64,000 nt of DNA from a virus (Duplodnaviria > Caudoviricetes): IMG/VR virus record IMGVR_UViG_3300028048_003124. One strand, 5' to 3'. The notes beneath the pieces were generated by a model, which made no database searches, had not been told where the DNA came from, and saw only the letters and a program-made list of their open reading frames with translations. A program made the position numbers and the translations under genes. Every line of letters starts with the position of its first letter. Position 1 is the first letter of the stretch. Positions 1 to 10,055 of the stretch are shown one piece after another.

Positions 1-1
1 G

Positions 2-2032
2 TATGACGACAGTTCGATATCCCAGCTTAAAGGCGCAGAGCGTGTAAGGTTGAGACCTGAAGCTCTATTGGGCAGTAGGGGTATTGACGGTGCAATCCAT
101 ACCATTCAGGAGATCATTGGTAATGCCACTGATGAAAAACTGGCAGGGTATGGAGATCAGCTCGACATTTGTTACCGCGAAGATGGGAGTATCTCTATCA
201 GAGATTATGGTAGAGGAGTACCTCTTGGTTGGAATGAGAAAGAGCAGGCTTGGAATTACAACCTAATTTATAACGAGTTGTATGCAGGCGGTAAGTACGC
301 TGATAACCAGCAGGTTCTCAGAGATATTGACGAGAGAAATGATTGGGAAGCCTTTAGAATGGAGGACCACCCATATTTGATTTCTATCGGTCTCAACGGT
401 CTTGGCGGAGCGGCTACTCAGTATAGTTCTAAGTACTTCATTGTAAAATCTTACCGTGATGGCGTAATGTCAGAGATGCAGTTCGAGAAGGGGTGTCCCA
501 TCCTTGATGAACTGATAGTCGAGAAAACAGATGAACCCAATGGTACTTATATTGAGTGGAAACCTGATGACGATGTTTTCACAGATACTGACATACCCGA
601 GAAGTGGTTTGAGAACACTTGCAAGGCATTGGCTTTTGTATCTGGTTTTAAGGTTAATCTGAATATCAAAGGTGAACAGTATACATTTAATGCAAGTTCT
701 ATTTCTAATGAGATGAAGGAGTCTGTTGGTGATTGTGTTTTTGGTCATAACTTTAAGCACATTGTTGACGGTACTGGTGATGTCTGTATTTGCGATGTAG
801 AGATTGCAATTGGACCTAACGGTAGAAATCAGGATTTTTACCACAATAAGGTAGCAATTAGAGGTGGAGCTCATGCAACTGGCGTATACACTGCCTTAAG
901 CCAGTTCTTCTATAAGGTAAGTCAGAATAACGGTATTAAGATTACAGAGAGGGACTACGCAGGAAAGTTTTCTGTAATTATTTCTACTCTTGCCAATAAG
1001 GCAAGTCTTAGAAACCAGACAAAAGATAGTATTGACGATATGTGGATTGCTAGTCTCATTGCAGATACTATGTTTAATCTGCTATCTACAGAGTACTCAA
1101 AGGGTACTCCATGGCTACAGGGTATTATCGATGAGGTTGTTGTAAACGCTCAAAACAGAATTGCTGTAGCTGAGATGTCTAAGAACTTAAAAGAAGTTCA
1201 GAAGGCTACAACTCGTCATAAGGCAAGTAACAAGTTTGTAACCTGTCGTTCTTATGAAGATGGAAAAAGAGCAGCAGAAACAGAATTCTTTATTACAGAG
1301 GGTGATTCTGCAGGTGGTAACGTCGTATTATCGAGAGATAGTGATTACCAGTGTCTTTTAAAAATTAGGGGTAAGTCTTTGAACGTATTCAAAGCTCCTT
1401 TGCAGAAACTCATCGCAAATAAAGAGATACTTGATATGATAAGTATCTTGGGCTGTGGTGTAGATCTGGGTATCGATGATTTTGAAACTTTTGATATAAA
1501 TAAGCTTAAGGTTGGTAAGATTATCTTTGCGACAGATGCCGACGTCGACGGAGCTCACATTCGCGTGTTACTTTTCCTTATTATTTACAGGCTCTTCCCG
1601 AAGCTTTTATCCTCAGGAAACATCTACGTTGCAGAGACCCCTCTGTACGTGCTGAATATGAAAAACAATGAGTCTATCTACTGCATGACCGAGGAAGAAA
1701 TGAGAGAAAAGAGTGCCGAGTTAAGCGGTCAGATACGTACAATCGACCGTTTTAAGGGCTTAGGCGAGTGTTCGACTAGCGTCCTTTGGTCAACGATGCT
1801 CAATCCTGAAACACGAAGCTTACGTCAAATCAAAATAGATCCTAATGACACAGATATCTATTCAGCTCTTGAGGTACTCTTTGGTAAGTCAACAGCGGAT
1901 AGAAAGAGGGCTATCCTCGGAAGTATGTTGGGTACTGACTTCGATGAGACTATTGAGAGTATCGACGATATTGCAAATTACATTGATGGTCTTGAGTTAA
2001 ATAATCTGGAAGTAGAAGACGTAGAATATTAA
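2..2032 (+). CDS. gyrB: Type IIA DNA topoisomerase subunit B (GyrB/ParE family), 5' end outside window
   Basis: Frame open from base 2 (YDDSSISQLKGAERVRLRP); GHKL motifs EIIGNATDE, DYGRGVP, GLNGLG; TOPRIM motifs EGDSA, DADVDGAHI, RFKGLGE. Confidence 0.93.
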   Translation, partial: YDDSSISQLKGAERVRLRPEALLGSRGIDGAIHTIQEIIGNATDEKLAGYGDQLDICYREDGSISIRDYGRGVPLGWNEKEQAWNYNLIYNELYAGGKYADNQQVLRDIDERNDWEAFRMEDHPYLISIGLNGLGGAATQYSSKYFIVKSYRDGVMSEMQFEKGCPILDELIVEKTDEPNGTYIEWKPDDDVFTDTDIPEKWFENTCKALAFVSGFKVNLNIKGEQYTFNASSISNEMKESVGDCVFGHNFKHIVDGTGDVCICDVEIAIGPNGRNQDFYHNKVAIRGGAHATGVYTALSQFFYKVSQNNGIKITERDYAGKFSVIISTLANKASLRNQTKDSIDDMWIASLIADTMFNLLSTEYSKGTPWLQGIIDEVVVNAQNRIAVAEMSKNLKEVQKATTRHKASNKFVTCRSYEDGKRAAETEFFITEGDSAGGNVVLSRDSDYQCLLKIRGKSLNVFKAPLQKLIANKEILDMISILGCGVDLGIDDFETFDINKLKVGKIIFATDADVDGAHIRVLLFLIIYRLFPKLLSSGNIYVAETPLYVLNMKNNESIYCMTEEEMREKSAELSGQIRTIDRFKGLGECSTSVLWSTMLNPETRSLRQIKIDPNDTDIYSALEVLFGKSTADRKRAILGSMLGTDFDETIESIDDIANYIDGLELNNLEVEDVEY

Positions 2033-2039
2033 AAGCTAA

Positions 2040-2069
2040 GGGTATGCTGATAGATATATTGGCATACCC
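2040..2069 (+). terminator. Stem-loop after gyrB
   Basis: GGGTATGC...GCATACCC inverted repeat right after the stop codon; weak U-tract. Confidence 0.55.
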
Positions 2070-2090
2070 ATAATTTATAGGAGGGTAATA

Positions 2091-2600
2091 GTGAATTGTT
2101 ATAGTCTTTCGATGTTAAGAAATATTTTAAATACTGTTAATATCGATATGGTGTCAAACAGATTTCCACCAAATAACAATACTTTTCTTGTTATAAACAA
2201 TGCCTGTAAGGTATGGTTTAAGGATGGTTATGCTCCAAAGGAGTTAGAGAAATATGTTATTTATAGATTTGATATGGGTTTATCTGTAGATAATATATCC
2301 AAAACTATGCAAGTAACAAACGCAAAAGTTTCTCGTTCTCTTAACCTGTTTGTAAAGAATGTCAGATGGGTATTAAGAGACTCTATTGCTAGTGGGGTTT
2401 ATAAAAGGCTCGTTAGTGAATTTCCTGAGATACTATACATGCCTAAGGTGTGTAAGGCTTTACATAGCTTTAATATCTTGGATACTTATGATATGGCTTT
2501 TTGTGATTTTGATGCTATATTAAAGTCTAAGAGGTTTTCTTCGAAAGATAAGTCAAAGTTAAAGGAAATTCGGTCAATTTGTGAAAGAAAGTATAATTAA
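2091..2600 (+). CDS. Degenerate sigma-70 region 4 HTH + RNAP alpha-CTD-like protein
   Basis: EKYVIYRFDMGLSVDNISKTMQVTNAKVSRSL (sigma4-like) followed by KALHSFNILDTYDM...ILKSKRFS (alphaCTD-like); GGAGG RBS. Confidence 0.55.
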   Translation: MNCYSLSMLRNILNTVNIDMVSNRFPPNNNTFLVINNACKVWFKDGYAPKELEKYVIYRFDMGLSVDNISKTMQVTNAKVSRSLNLFVKNVRWVLRDSIASGVYKRLVSEFPEILYMPKVCKALHSFNILDTYDMAFCDFDAILKSKRFSSKDKSKLKEIRSICERKYN

Positions 2601-3138
2601 GGGTTGTTTGTGTATGTGTTTTGATATAAATGGAAATGAGAAAAAGTTTTTATTAAATGTATATAACGGTATATTAAAAGTAGCTAAAAATAAAAAATTA
2701 TATACAAGTTTCTCAACAATGGAAATATTGAGTTGTCTAAAGAGAGTTATAGACACATCAGTCAGTAAGGGTATTTTAACAGATAGAGAGTATGCAACGT
2801 TATATTCAAAGTTTTGGAACGGTTTTTCAGATGCAAAGATTGCAAGTTTTGAGGGCATAAGTAACTCTATGATTTTTTATAGAGTTAAGTGGTCTATATT
2901 AAAAGTGCTTAACTTTGAGTTATTAAAAGAATTAAAAGCATTTCCAGATGGTGCTATAGAATATGTAAATATGTCTAAAAGGGCTTACAATGCCTTAAAA
3001 ATAAATGGTGTAAATACTGTAAGTGCTTTATGCGATATGTCAGATGATGTCATTTTGTCTAAAAAGCATATTGGTGAAACACTTGGTAGGGAAATTTGCG
3101 GTATTAAGGAGAGGTTAATACATGAGGAAGCTAAGTAA
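2581..3138 (+). CDS. Sigma-70 region 4 HTH + RNAP alpha-CTD-like protein
   Basis: LTDREYATLYSKFWNGFSDAKIASFEGIS plus IEYVNMSKRAYNALKINGVNTVSALCDMSDDVILSKKHIG; true start may be downstream. Confidence 0.7.
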   Translation: MKESIIKGCLCMCFDINGNEKKFLLNVYNGILKVAKNKKLYTSFSTMEILSCLKRVIDTSVSKGILTDREYATLYSKFWNGFSDAKIASFEGISNSMIFYRVKWSILKVLNFELLKELKAFPDGAIEYVNMSKRAYNALKINGVNTVSALCDMSDDVILSKKHIGETLGREICGIKERLIHEEAK

Positions 3139-3784
3139 TAAAGGTAAGAAAAACTTTAAAAAAGTTTTATATGTTGGTTTATACATAGTAATTATAAGCT
3201 GGATGGTTGTATCTGGTATTCAGTTATGGTTAGACTGTGCCATTTTAGATAATAACTACTCAAATATGTTGGTAGATAAGCAAGATGGTAGTATTACAGA
3301 GGTTGCTGATGTTTATAGTAATGGTGACTTTACTTTATCTGACGACGGTACAGTTCTAAAGTCAGATAGTGATATAAATAATTATGTAAGGGTACCAAGT
3401 TATGGTAGTTACTACTATAATAAAGAAAACAAGTCTTTCTTTGCGCCATTAACAAAGGTAGAAACAAGAAACCTAATGCTTAAGTTTGTATTGTTAGATA
3501 TGCTGAGTTTTATCATAATGATTATACTCCTTGTCCATAATAGGAATAAGGGTACTTGGTTAAAAGTAATTATATGGGTTTCAGAGCTTCTATATGCTTT
3601 TGGGACATACTTGGTATATGCAAACGCTCTAAGTGTACTTTACAGAGTAGAGAAAGGTGTATGGATTATACCTTTGGCTAAATTGGCGATATTATGTATT
3701 GTATTATTAATTGCATTTATAGTAGATGCAAGAAAAGATACAAAACTACCTTTAAGACTTCATAGGAGGAAGAAAGATGGTTAA
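3122..3784 (+). CDS. Membrane protein (about 4 TM segments)
   Basis: One N-terminal and three C-terminal hydrophobic stretches; overlaps both neighbours. Confidence 0.7.
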   Translation: MRKLSNKGKKNFKKVLYVGLYIVIISWMVVSGIQLWLDCAILDNNYSNMLVDKQDGSITEVADVYSNGDFTLSDDGTVLKSDSDINNYVRVPSYGSYYYNKENKSFFAPLTKVETRNLMLKFVLLDMLSFIIMIILLVHNRNKGTWLKVIIWVSELLYAFGTYLVYANALSVLYRVEKGVWIIPLAKLAILCIVLLIAFIVDARKDTKLPLRLHRRKKDG

Positions 3785-4730
3785 TTCAACATATAAGTAT
3801 GCTAAAGCAATGGGGTATGTATCTCGTATAGCGTCTACGATAGTATACATAGTAAACGGGAATATGTATGAGTATGGTGCTTGTGTACATTTTAAAATAT
3901 GTAGAAAAGATTTGTACTCTTTTTATTCTTTTAGTCGTAATGCGGCAAAAAAGTCAATAAGTACGCCAAAGACTCAAAGCAAAGAGGTTATTGCTCTTTG
4001 GTATGCTTCTTTGCTAACGAGGTCGGTAGAGGCTCTTGCAAATGGTGCAAGTATTTCCGTTATTGTAAACACGTTTGGGGTATCAAGATCTAATATAAAC
4101 TGGGTGGTCAGTAAGGCGATGAAAGAATATGTGAAAGATGATCCGCCTGAGTTAGATTTGTACAGGCTTGTCTTAGGTGGTGATATATCATCAAAAGATT
4201 TGCCTGTTGATTATAAAGAAACAGTAAAGTATCTTTTAGGTTTATTATCTCCTAGAAGAGAGATGGTTTTAAGGATGCGTATTGGTCTAGATAATAACAA
4301 GCATACTTTAGATCAGGTAGCAAGGGAGTTTAATGTAACTAAGGAAGTTGTAAGACGTATTGAGTCTCAGGCTCTAATGGAACTGCGTAGTTCTGGGAAA
4401 GTTGATATGTTAAAGCTCGGTATTAAAAAATACAATTCTCTTCCAACAACTAAGGAGATTGTTGGTAAAGACAAACCAATAGAGCAGTTTAATTTTTCTG
4501 TAAGGACATATAATTGTTTAAAAAGGGCAGGTTTTAATACTTTAAGTGATTTTAACGGTGTGTCAGTTTATAAGTTACTTCAGATACGCAATTTTAGAGA
4601 ATGGTGTGTAGAAGAGGTAATAAGCTCACTTAAAAAGTCCAAGTGTGTGAGTTTTTCAGGCAATGTGGATAATATTAGTTTAACTAAAAATGTAGATGCC
4701 CTGAGAGGTATTACTATTAAGATTTTGTGA
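3777..4730 (+). CDS. Sigma-70 region 4 + RNAP alpha-CTD fusion protein
   Basis: LSPRREMVLRMRIGLDNNKHTLDQVAREFNVTKEVVRRIESQALMELR (canonical sigma4) and FSVRTYNCLKRAGFNTLSD...IRNF (canonical alphaCTD). Confidence 0.85.
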   Translation: MVNSTYKYAKAMGYVSRIASTIVYIVNGNMYEYGACVHFKICRKDLYSFYSFSRNAAKKSISTPKTQSKEVIALWYASLLTRSVEALANGASISVIVNTFGVSRSNINWVVSKAMKEYVKDDPPELDLYRLVLGGDISSKDLPVDYKETVKYLLGLLSPRREMVLRMRIGLDNNKHTLDQVAREFNVTKEVVRRIESQALMELRSSGKVDMLKLGIKKYNSLPTTKEIVGKDKPIEQFNFSVRTYNCLKRAGFNTLSDFNGVSVYKLLQIRNFREWCVEEVISSLKKSKCVSFSGNVDNISLTKNVDALRGITIKIL

Positions 4731-4738
4731 GGTAAGCA

Positions 4739-5674
4739 ATGAGTAGCAGATTATCGCAAGAAAAAGCATCAGAAGGTATTAAGTATATTGGCAAGATATA
4801 CAATGCTTTATACGCAATAAAAAACAAAATGGTAGACGAATGGGTAGCCTGTAAAGCTGTTGGTATTTATAGAAAAGATCTTTGGTCTTTTTATAGAAAG
4901 GTTCAGAAACATACAGGAAGTTACTCTTTTTATAACAAGACCGCAGTTGCTTTAGGTTACTCAGGAAGGCTGATTAAGGCTTTAGAAAAGTTATCCTATG
5001 GTAATGATAGTAATAGGGTTTGTCAGATGTATAATGTACAGTGGTCTCACATTCTGTGGGCTATTGATAGAGCAAATGTTAAGTATGTATTCAACGATCC
5101 GCCTGAGTTAGACCTATATAAAGATTTGCTTGAAAATGATGCGTTAACTGTAAAGGATTTGCCTAAAGATTACAGAAATACCGTTGTTTACTGTTTATCT
5201 AAAGTCAAGTACAAGGATGCTAAAGACGTTTTAGAACATTATTACGGTATTTACGGTAATAAGATGTCATTAGGTGATCTAGATACAATGTTAAGTAAAC
5301 CAAAAGGTTCTAGCTCAGCTGCAAGAAGTCGTGGGCTAAACTTCTTAAGAAAGTATTTTATGCACCTGCTGACAACTGGTCTTGCAAGTGCGGATATCAT
5401 GGACCCAAACACTGTAAGTTTGGACAGCTTATTCGGTCAAAGAGTAGCAAGCAGTCTAAACGAAATGGGTATAAATTCATTAAAAGATATGAATGGAATG
5501 TCCTATGCAGATTTGATATACATTCGTAATTTCGGTGATGAGGTAGTGAAAAGCATTTTTGAAAGGTTAAGTATTTTGTCTTGTATTAGGTTTAGTAGGA
5601 AGATTGATTCCTATGATAAGCTGTGTGAAGAACCCTACACGAGGATTTTGGTATATTCGTGTCCTGATTGTTAG
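4739..5674 (+). CDS. Sigma4 + alpha-CTD fusion protein, paralog of 3777..4730
   Basis: Shares RKDL.SFY, DPPELDLY, KDLP.DY; degenerate HTH; LNEMGINSLKDM...IRNFG. Confidence 0.75.
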   Translation: MSSRLSQEKASEGIKYIGKIYNALYAIKNKMVDEWVACKAVGIYRKDLWSFYRKVQKHTGSYSFYNKTAVALGYSGRLIKALEKLSYGNDSNRVCQMYNVQWSHILWAIDRANVKYVFNDPPELDLYKDLLENDALTVKDLPKDYRNTVVYCLSKVKYKDAKDVLEHYYGIYGNKMSLGDLDTMLSKPKGSSSAARSRGLNFLRKYFMHLLTTGLASADIMDPNTVSLDSLFGQRVASSLNEMGINSLKDMNGMSYADLIYIRNFGDEVVKSIFERLSILSCIRFSRKIDSYDKLCEEPYTRILVYSCPDC

Positions 5675-5728
5675 TTAATTGTATATAACAATAAAGAATT
5701 AAATATTTACAAAATAGAAGGAGAACCT

Positions 5729-7795
5729 ATGGGTATTCATAAAAAGTACTTAACACCTCAACTTTATTGTAAAGATATTATAGATTTTTCTATGAAAGAA
5801 AAAGTTTATAATTGGGTAATAAATGGTGAAGAGTATTCTGGAACCTTATTAGATTTCTTCTCTGAGTATAGGTATAAAGATATTCAAGGAGATAGTTGTT
5901 GTGATGTAGAGTCTATAAAAAAGGGTTATAAAAATTTTATAAATTCTTTGAGTGGTATATACAGTCACGAGAGTGTTATAGCAGGTATATGCCCTGTTTG
6001 TAATATGTTTGCAACAGTATCTTGGTATAGATATAATAGTGGTGGTTTTAAATGTAAACAGTGTTCTACTGTGAAAGGTTTGTCAATTGCTGATAATGAG
6101 AAGGTTAAAGCTTTATATTTAAGAGCTAACAATATTTTCCCGCCAGAGTCTATACCCTTGTATTCTCAGAAGGATATAAAGTTTAAGTGTTCAGTAGGTC
6201 ATGAATTTTATAGACGCCCATCATCAATAGTGAGGAACGGTGTGATAGGCGAAGGTTGTCCTATTTGCAACAATTCGTTAAACGCCACAAATTTTCTTAA
6301 AGATAATCCTAAAGCGGCATCTATGTGGGATTATACAAGAAACGGTATAAATCCAGAAGATGTGGCAAGGAGTAGTGGTAAGTATTATTGGTTTGTATGC
6401 CCAGAAGGTCATAGTTTTCAATCTTCACCGAATATTTTAGATAGAAGAAGGAATAGTGTAGGTTTTGGTTGCCCTGAGTGTTATAGATTATATAAGTTAA
6501 ATACTTATAATTTAGCTTCAAGGTATCCAACAATATACAAGTATTGGGATGATCGAAATCCCGAAGACCCTGCTGATGTAATGTCAGACCCAGAGGGTAT
6601 AAATAGTGATAAATTATATTGGGTTCATTGTGATTTCGGTCATGTGTATAAACAGTCTGCATGTAAAATAGGTAAGAGTTTCAATAAAGATGGTATAAAG
6701 AGATGTCCAGTGTGTTCTGGGCAGTTCTTGCAGAGTGGTGTCAATGATTTGAAAACTTTAATGCCTAAGGTAGCAGAATGTTGGGATTATGAGAGGAATA
6801 CTTCTTTACCAGAAGACTATGCTCCATTTTCTCACAAGCCAGCATGGTTTAAGTGTGTAGTATGCGGTAGGAGTGTGTACTATAAGTCCATAAATGATAG
6901 AAGCAAGTCTGCAGGTTATTGCAAAGATTGCGCTTCTAAATTCAACCAATCATTAACAGAAAAGGAACTTATAAATTATGTAACAAGCCTAGGTTTCGAA
7001 GTAAAAACAGATAAGACTTTAGGCGATATGCACTACAAGTATGATATGTATATAGCTGAGATGGGGCTGTTAATAGAGTACAATGGTGTATATTACCACA
7101 GTGAGGCTGTTCATACTGATAAGATGCGACATTATAAGAAATATGCTGAGGCTAAAAACGCAGGTTTAGACTTATTTGTAATTTGGGAAGATGATTATAA
7201 AAGAAACCCAGATTTGATAAAGCGTATGTTGAGAAATAGATTAAACGTGTCTATTGAGAGTAAGGTTAACGCAAGAGATTGCATTGTTGTCTACCCAGAT
7301 ACAGTATCCGCAAAGGTTTTTCTAAATGAAAATCATATACAGATGTCTGGTGGGTTGAATACATACTTAGCTTTATCATTAAATGGGTTTTTTGTAGCTG
7401 TAATGGCATATTCCGTAAAAGATGGTGTTGCTACAATAAATAGATATGCAACATCTTGTAATGTTAGAGGTGGTTTTTCCAAATTATTAAAAGTTTTGAG
7501 CAGTAATGATGAACTTACGGCTATAGAGACTTTTTCAGATAATAGCATATCCGATGGAGATCTGTATAAAAACAGTGGTTTTGTTATTACTAAACATATA
7601 AAACCCGACTACAGTTATTTGTACAAGGGTAGGGAAAGGGTACATAAGTTTAATTTAAGAAAAAAAGCATTTCAAAAAGACGTAAATCTAGTTTATAAAG
7701 AGGGTATGTCTGAGGCAGAGTTGGCTGAGTTAAACGGTTTATATCGTATATGGGATTATGGTAAAAAGAAATGGAGACTAGATTTAACTTTGTAG
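5729..7795 (+). CDS. Hef-like free-standing homing endonuclease with repeated treble-clef zinc ribbons (DUF4379-like)
   Basis: Repeated W...N...W.C..GH...CP.C units; YDMYI...IEYNGVYYH...IWE nuclease core; C-terminal GGFSKLL/GDLY..SGF/RIWDYG domain. Confidence 0.75.
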   Translation: MGIHKKYLTPQLYCKDIIDFSMKEKVYNWVINGEEYSGTLLDFFSEYRYKDIQGDSCCDVESIKKGYKNFINSLSGIYSHESVIAGICPVCNMFATVSWYRYNSGGFKCKQCSTVKGLSIADNEKVKALYLRANNIFPPESIPLYSQKDIKFKCSVGHEFYRRPSSIVRNGVIGEGCPICNNSLNATNFLKDNPKAASMWDYTRNGINPEDVARSSGKYYWFVCPEGHSFQSSPNILDRRRNSVGFGCPECYRLYKLNTYNLASRYPTIYKYWDDRNPEDPADVMSDPEGINSDKLYWVHCDFGHVYKQSACKIGKSFNKDGIKRCPVCSGQFLQSGVNDLKTLMPKVAECWDYERNTSLPEDYAPFSHKPAWFKCVVCGRSVYYKSINDRSKSAGYCKDCASKFNQSLTEKELINYVTSLGFEVKTDKTLGDMHYKYDMYIAEMGLLIEYNGVYYHSEAVHTDKMRHYKKYAEAKNAGLDLFVIWEDDYKRNPDLIKRMLRNRLNVSIESKVNARDCIVVYPDTVSAKVFLNENHIQMSGGLNTYLALSLNGFFVAVMAYSVKDGVATINRYATSCNVRGGFSKLLKVLSSNDELTAIETFSDNSISDGDLYKNSGFVITKHIKPDYSYLYKGRERVHKFNLRKKAFQKDVNLVYKEGMSEAELAELNGLYRIWDYGKKKWRLDLTL

Positions 7796-7801
7796 ATATT
7801 A

Positions 7802-7830
7802 TTGCATATTTGGTAGAAATATGGTATAAT
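7802..7830 (+). promoter_or_regulatory. SigA-type extended -10 promoter for gyrA
   Basis: TTGCAT-N17-TATAAT with TGG before the -10. Confidence 0.8.
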
Positions 7831-7861
7831 ATATGTAGACCTAGAAATTTAGGAGGTTTAT

Positions 7862-10039
7862 ATGCAGAACGAAATTTATAATGGCGTTTCTGATGGTTTT
7901 AGCTTCTTAGTAGATGGGTATATGGATTACTCTAAAGAGGTAATAGCGAGACGTGCTATTCCTGATCTAAGAGATGGATTAAAACCTGTTCAGCGCAGAA
8001 TTATGTATGCAGCCAAGTTGGCTGATAAAGGTATGATGCAAAAGTGTGCAACCTTTGTTGCTGACTCTATGAAACTTCACCCGCACGGCGACTCCTCTGT
8101 GTATGGTGCTTTTGTTCTTATGACAGATGTTAACGGTTCATGGAACGTACCTGTTATTAAAGGTATGGGTAATCTTGGTAAGGTTTATTCTAAGAACCCT
8201 CCTGCAGCATATCGTTATCCTAAGGCTATGCTTCACGAGAACGCCAAGGAATATTTCAAGGAAAAAGACGTTTTTGACCTAGTCCAATCCGAAGAGGGTG
8301 ATGGTGTAGAGCCCGTCGTTCTGTACCCATCATACCCATCAGTTCTTGTAAACGGAACAGCAGGTATTGCAGTATCAGTTGGTACAAGAATTCCGTCATT
8401 CAATTTCATAGATGTCCTCGAGATGACTAAAAAGTTCATCCAACAGGGAAAATTAGATCCTGTTAAGGATATCATCTATCCTGATTTTCCGACAGGCGGT
8501 ATTCTCGTAAAGACTGATTCTGAGGTTGCTAAGATTATGGCAACTGGTATCGGTAAACTGAAAATCAGAGCGAAGGTAGAGATTAACGGTAACGAGATCA
8601 TAGTAAAGGAAGTACCCTACGGTAAAACAGTAGAGGGTATCGTAGAGCAGATTGAGTCCTCTGATATGAGGGAGATCAAGTCTGTTATGAATCTAACGGG
8701 TAATAACTCAGTCGGAAAGGTAGTTATCCAGTGTAGAAGCAAGAGGGTAGTTGAATGGGTACTCCTTGAGTTATACAGAAGAAATATCCTGCAAAATTAT
8801 TATGCAAGTAATATTCTTGTAATCAATGATGGTAAGCCCTATATTTACGGTGTTCATAAGATCGTAGAAGAATGGGTAAAGTTTAGAAGAAATGTAATAA
8901 TTAAAAAGTTCAATCATGAACTGGATGGGCTTTCTTCCGAACTATTAACTCTTGATTACTTTATTCGTTTAATCTCAAACACTGAGTGGAAAGATACTTA
9001 CGTTCAGAAAGCAACTAAGGTATCTAAGAAAGATGCGGATGTCTATCTTCATGAGATTTTTGATGATATTCCTCAGGATGTTTGTGATTGGATTAATGGT
9101 CGTGCGATTAGTGCTTTTAATAACGGCGGTCGGTATATGAACAGATATAACGACTTATCGGAGTATAAAAAGTATTGTGAAGATATGCACAATAATCCTG
9201 ATAAGTATATTTTAAATGAGCTCGACGAGCTTATATCAAAAAACAAGTCTTTACATCCTCGTAAGACCTTTATTTCTAACACTGATTACAAGTTTAGTAA
9301 GATCGTAGAAGCAGAGGGTATTGAGGACGATTCGCCTTGTGTATATACGCTAACTACTGATGGATTCCTATTTAAGACACGTGATGTGCCGAACATTAAC
9401 TCAAGCATCATGAACCAGTTTAAAGGTCAGGCAAACAGTGTACTTGTGGGATTTGATAAGTTTGGTCGTGTTTTACGATTAAGCGGATCTGAGGTAGCAT
9501 ATACTGCACCTGGCTCTAATGGATTGTATCTGCCGAAGGTATTTGATGCTTCTTTCCAAGAGGATTATCGCATCCTCTATATGGGTTTGTGTGATGGTAC
9601 TAAGCGTATGCTTGTTTATAGAGATGGCTTCATCGGCTTTTTGGATACATCAGAATGGGTAGGGAAGAAAGTCGTTAAGGTTATCTCCAAGGGTGTATGC
9701 TTGGCTGTTATGGATAAATTGCTTGAAGTATATGAGGAGGAAGATATTCCTCAGTGCTTGCTTCTTGCAGATGATTCTGGAAAGAAGATTAAGTTAGGTG
9801 TACTTCATTCAAACGAGATCCCAGTTAGGGGTAGAACCAGTAGGGCGAAGGTGTTTAATGGTAAAAACATTGACACTAAGTATATTAAGGGTTGTTCGTA
9901 TTTTGAGTTAGCAACTTATTTAAAGAATCCTGATAGGTACTACAATAAGTTAACAAAGATCGAGGAAGATGCTTTTATTGGTGACATCGAAGAGATGGCA
10001 GATGGTAAGTATCTTGAGTTCTGCACAGACTTAGAATAA
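7862..10039 (+). CDS. gyrA: Type IIA DNA topoisomerase subunit A (GyrA/ParC family)
   Basis: RAIPDLRDGLKPVQRRI, HPHGDSSVY, catalytic AAYRY, LVNGTAGIAV, PDFPTGG; no GyrA-box recognised. Confidence 0.93.
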   Translation: MQNEIYNGVSDGFSFLVDGYMDYSKEVIARRAIPDLRDGLKPVQRRIMYAAKLADKGMMQKCATFVADSMKLHPHGDSSVYGAFVLMTDVNGSWNVPVIKGMGNLGKVYSKNPPAAYRYPKAMLHENAKEYFKEKDVFDLVQSEEGDGVEPVVLYPSYPSVLVNGTAGIAVSVGTRIPSFNFIDVLEMTKKFIQQGKLDPVKDIIYPDFPTGGILVKTDSEVAKIMATGIGKLKIRAKVEINGNEIIVKEVPYGKTVEGIVEQIESSDMREIKSVMNLTGNNSVGKVVIQCRSKRVVEWVLLELYRRNILQNYYASNILVINDGKPYIYGVHKIVEEWVKFRRNVIIKKFNHELDGLSSELLTLDYFIRLISNTEWKDTYVQKATKVSKKDADVYLHEIFDDIPQDVCDWINGRAISAFNNGGRYMNRYNDLSEYKKYCEDMHNNPDKYILNELDELISKNKSLHPRKTFISNTDYKFSKIVEAEGIEDDSPCVYTLTTDGFLFKTRDVPNINSSIMNQFKGQANSVLVGFDKFGRVLRLSGSEVAYTAPGSNGLYLPKVFDASFQEDYRILYMGLCDGTKRMLVYRDGFIGFLDTSEWVGKKVVKVISKGVCLAVMDKLLEVYEEEDIPQCLLLADDSGKKIKLGVLHSNEIPVRGRTSRAKVFNGKNIDTKYIKGCSYFELATYLKNPDRYYNKLTKIEEDAFIGDIEEMADGKYLEFCTDLE

Positions 10040-10055
10040 GAAAGGGGTAGATATA

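Noticed and set aside
7862-10039. Calling the enzyme a true supercoiling gyrase
   Set aside because: No GyrA-box is visible and the C-terminal domain is divergent; gene symbols denote family only
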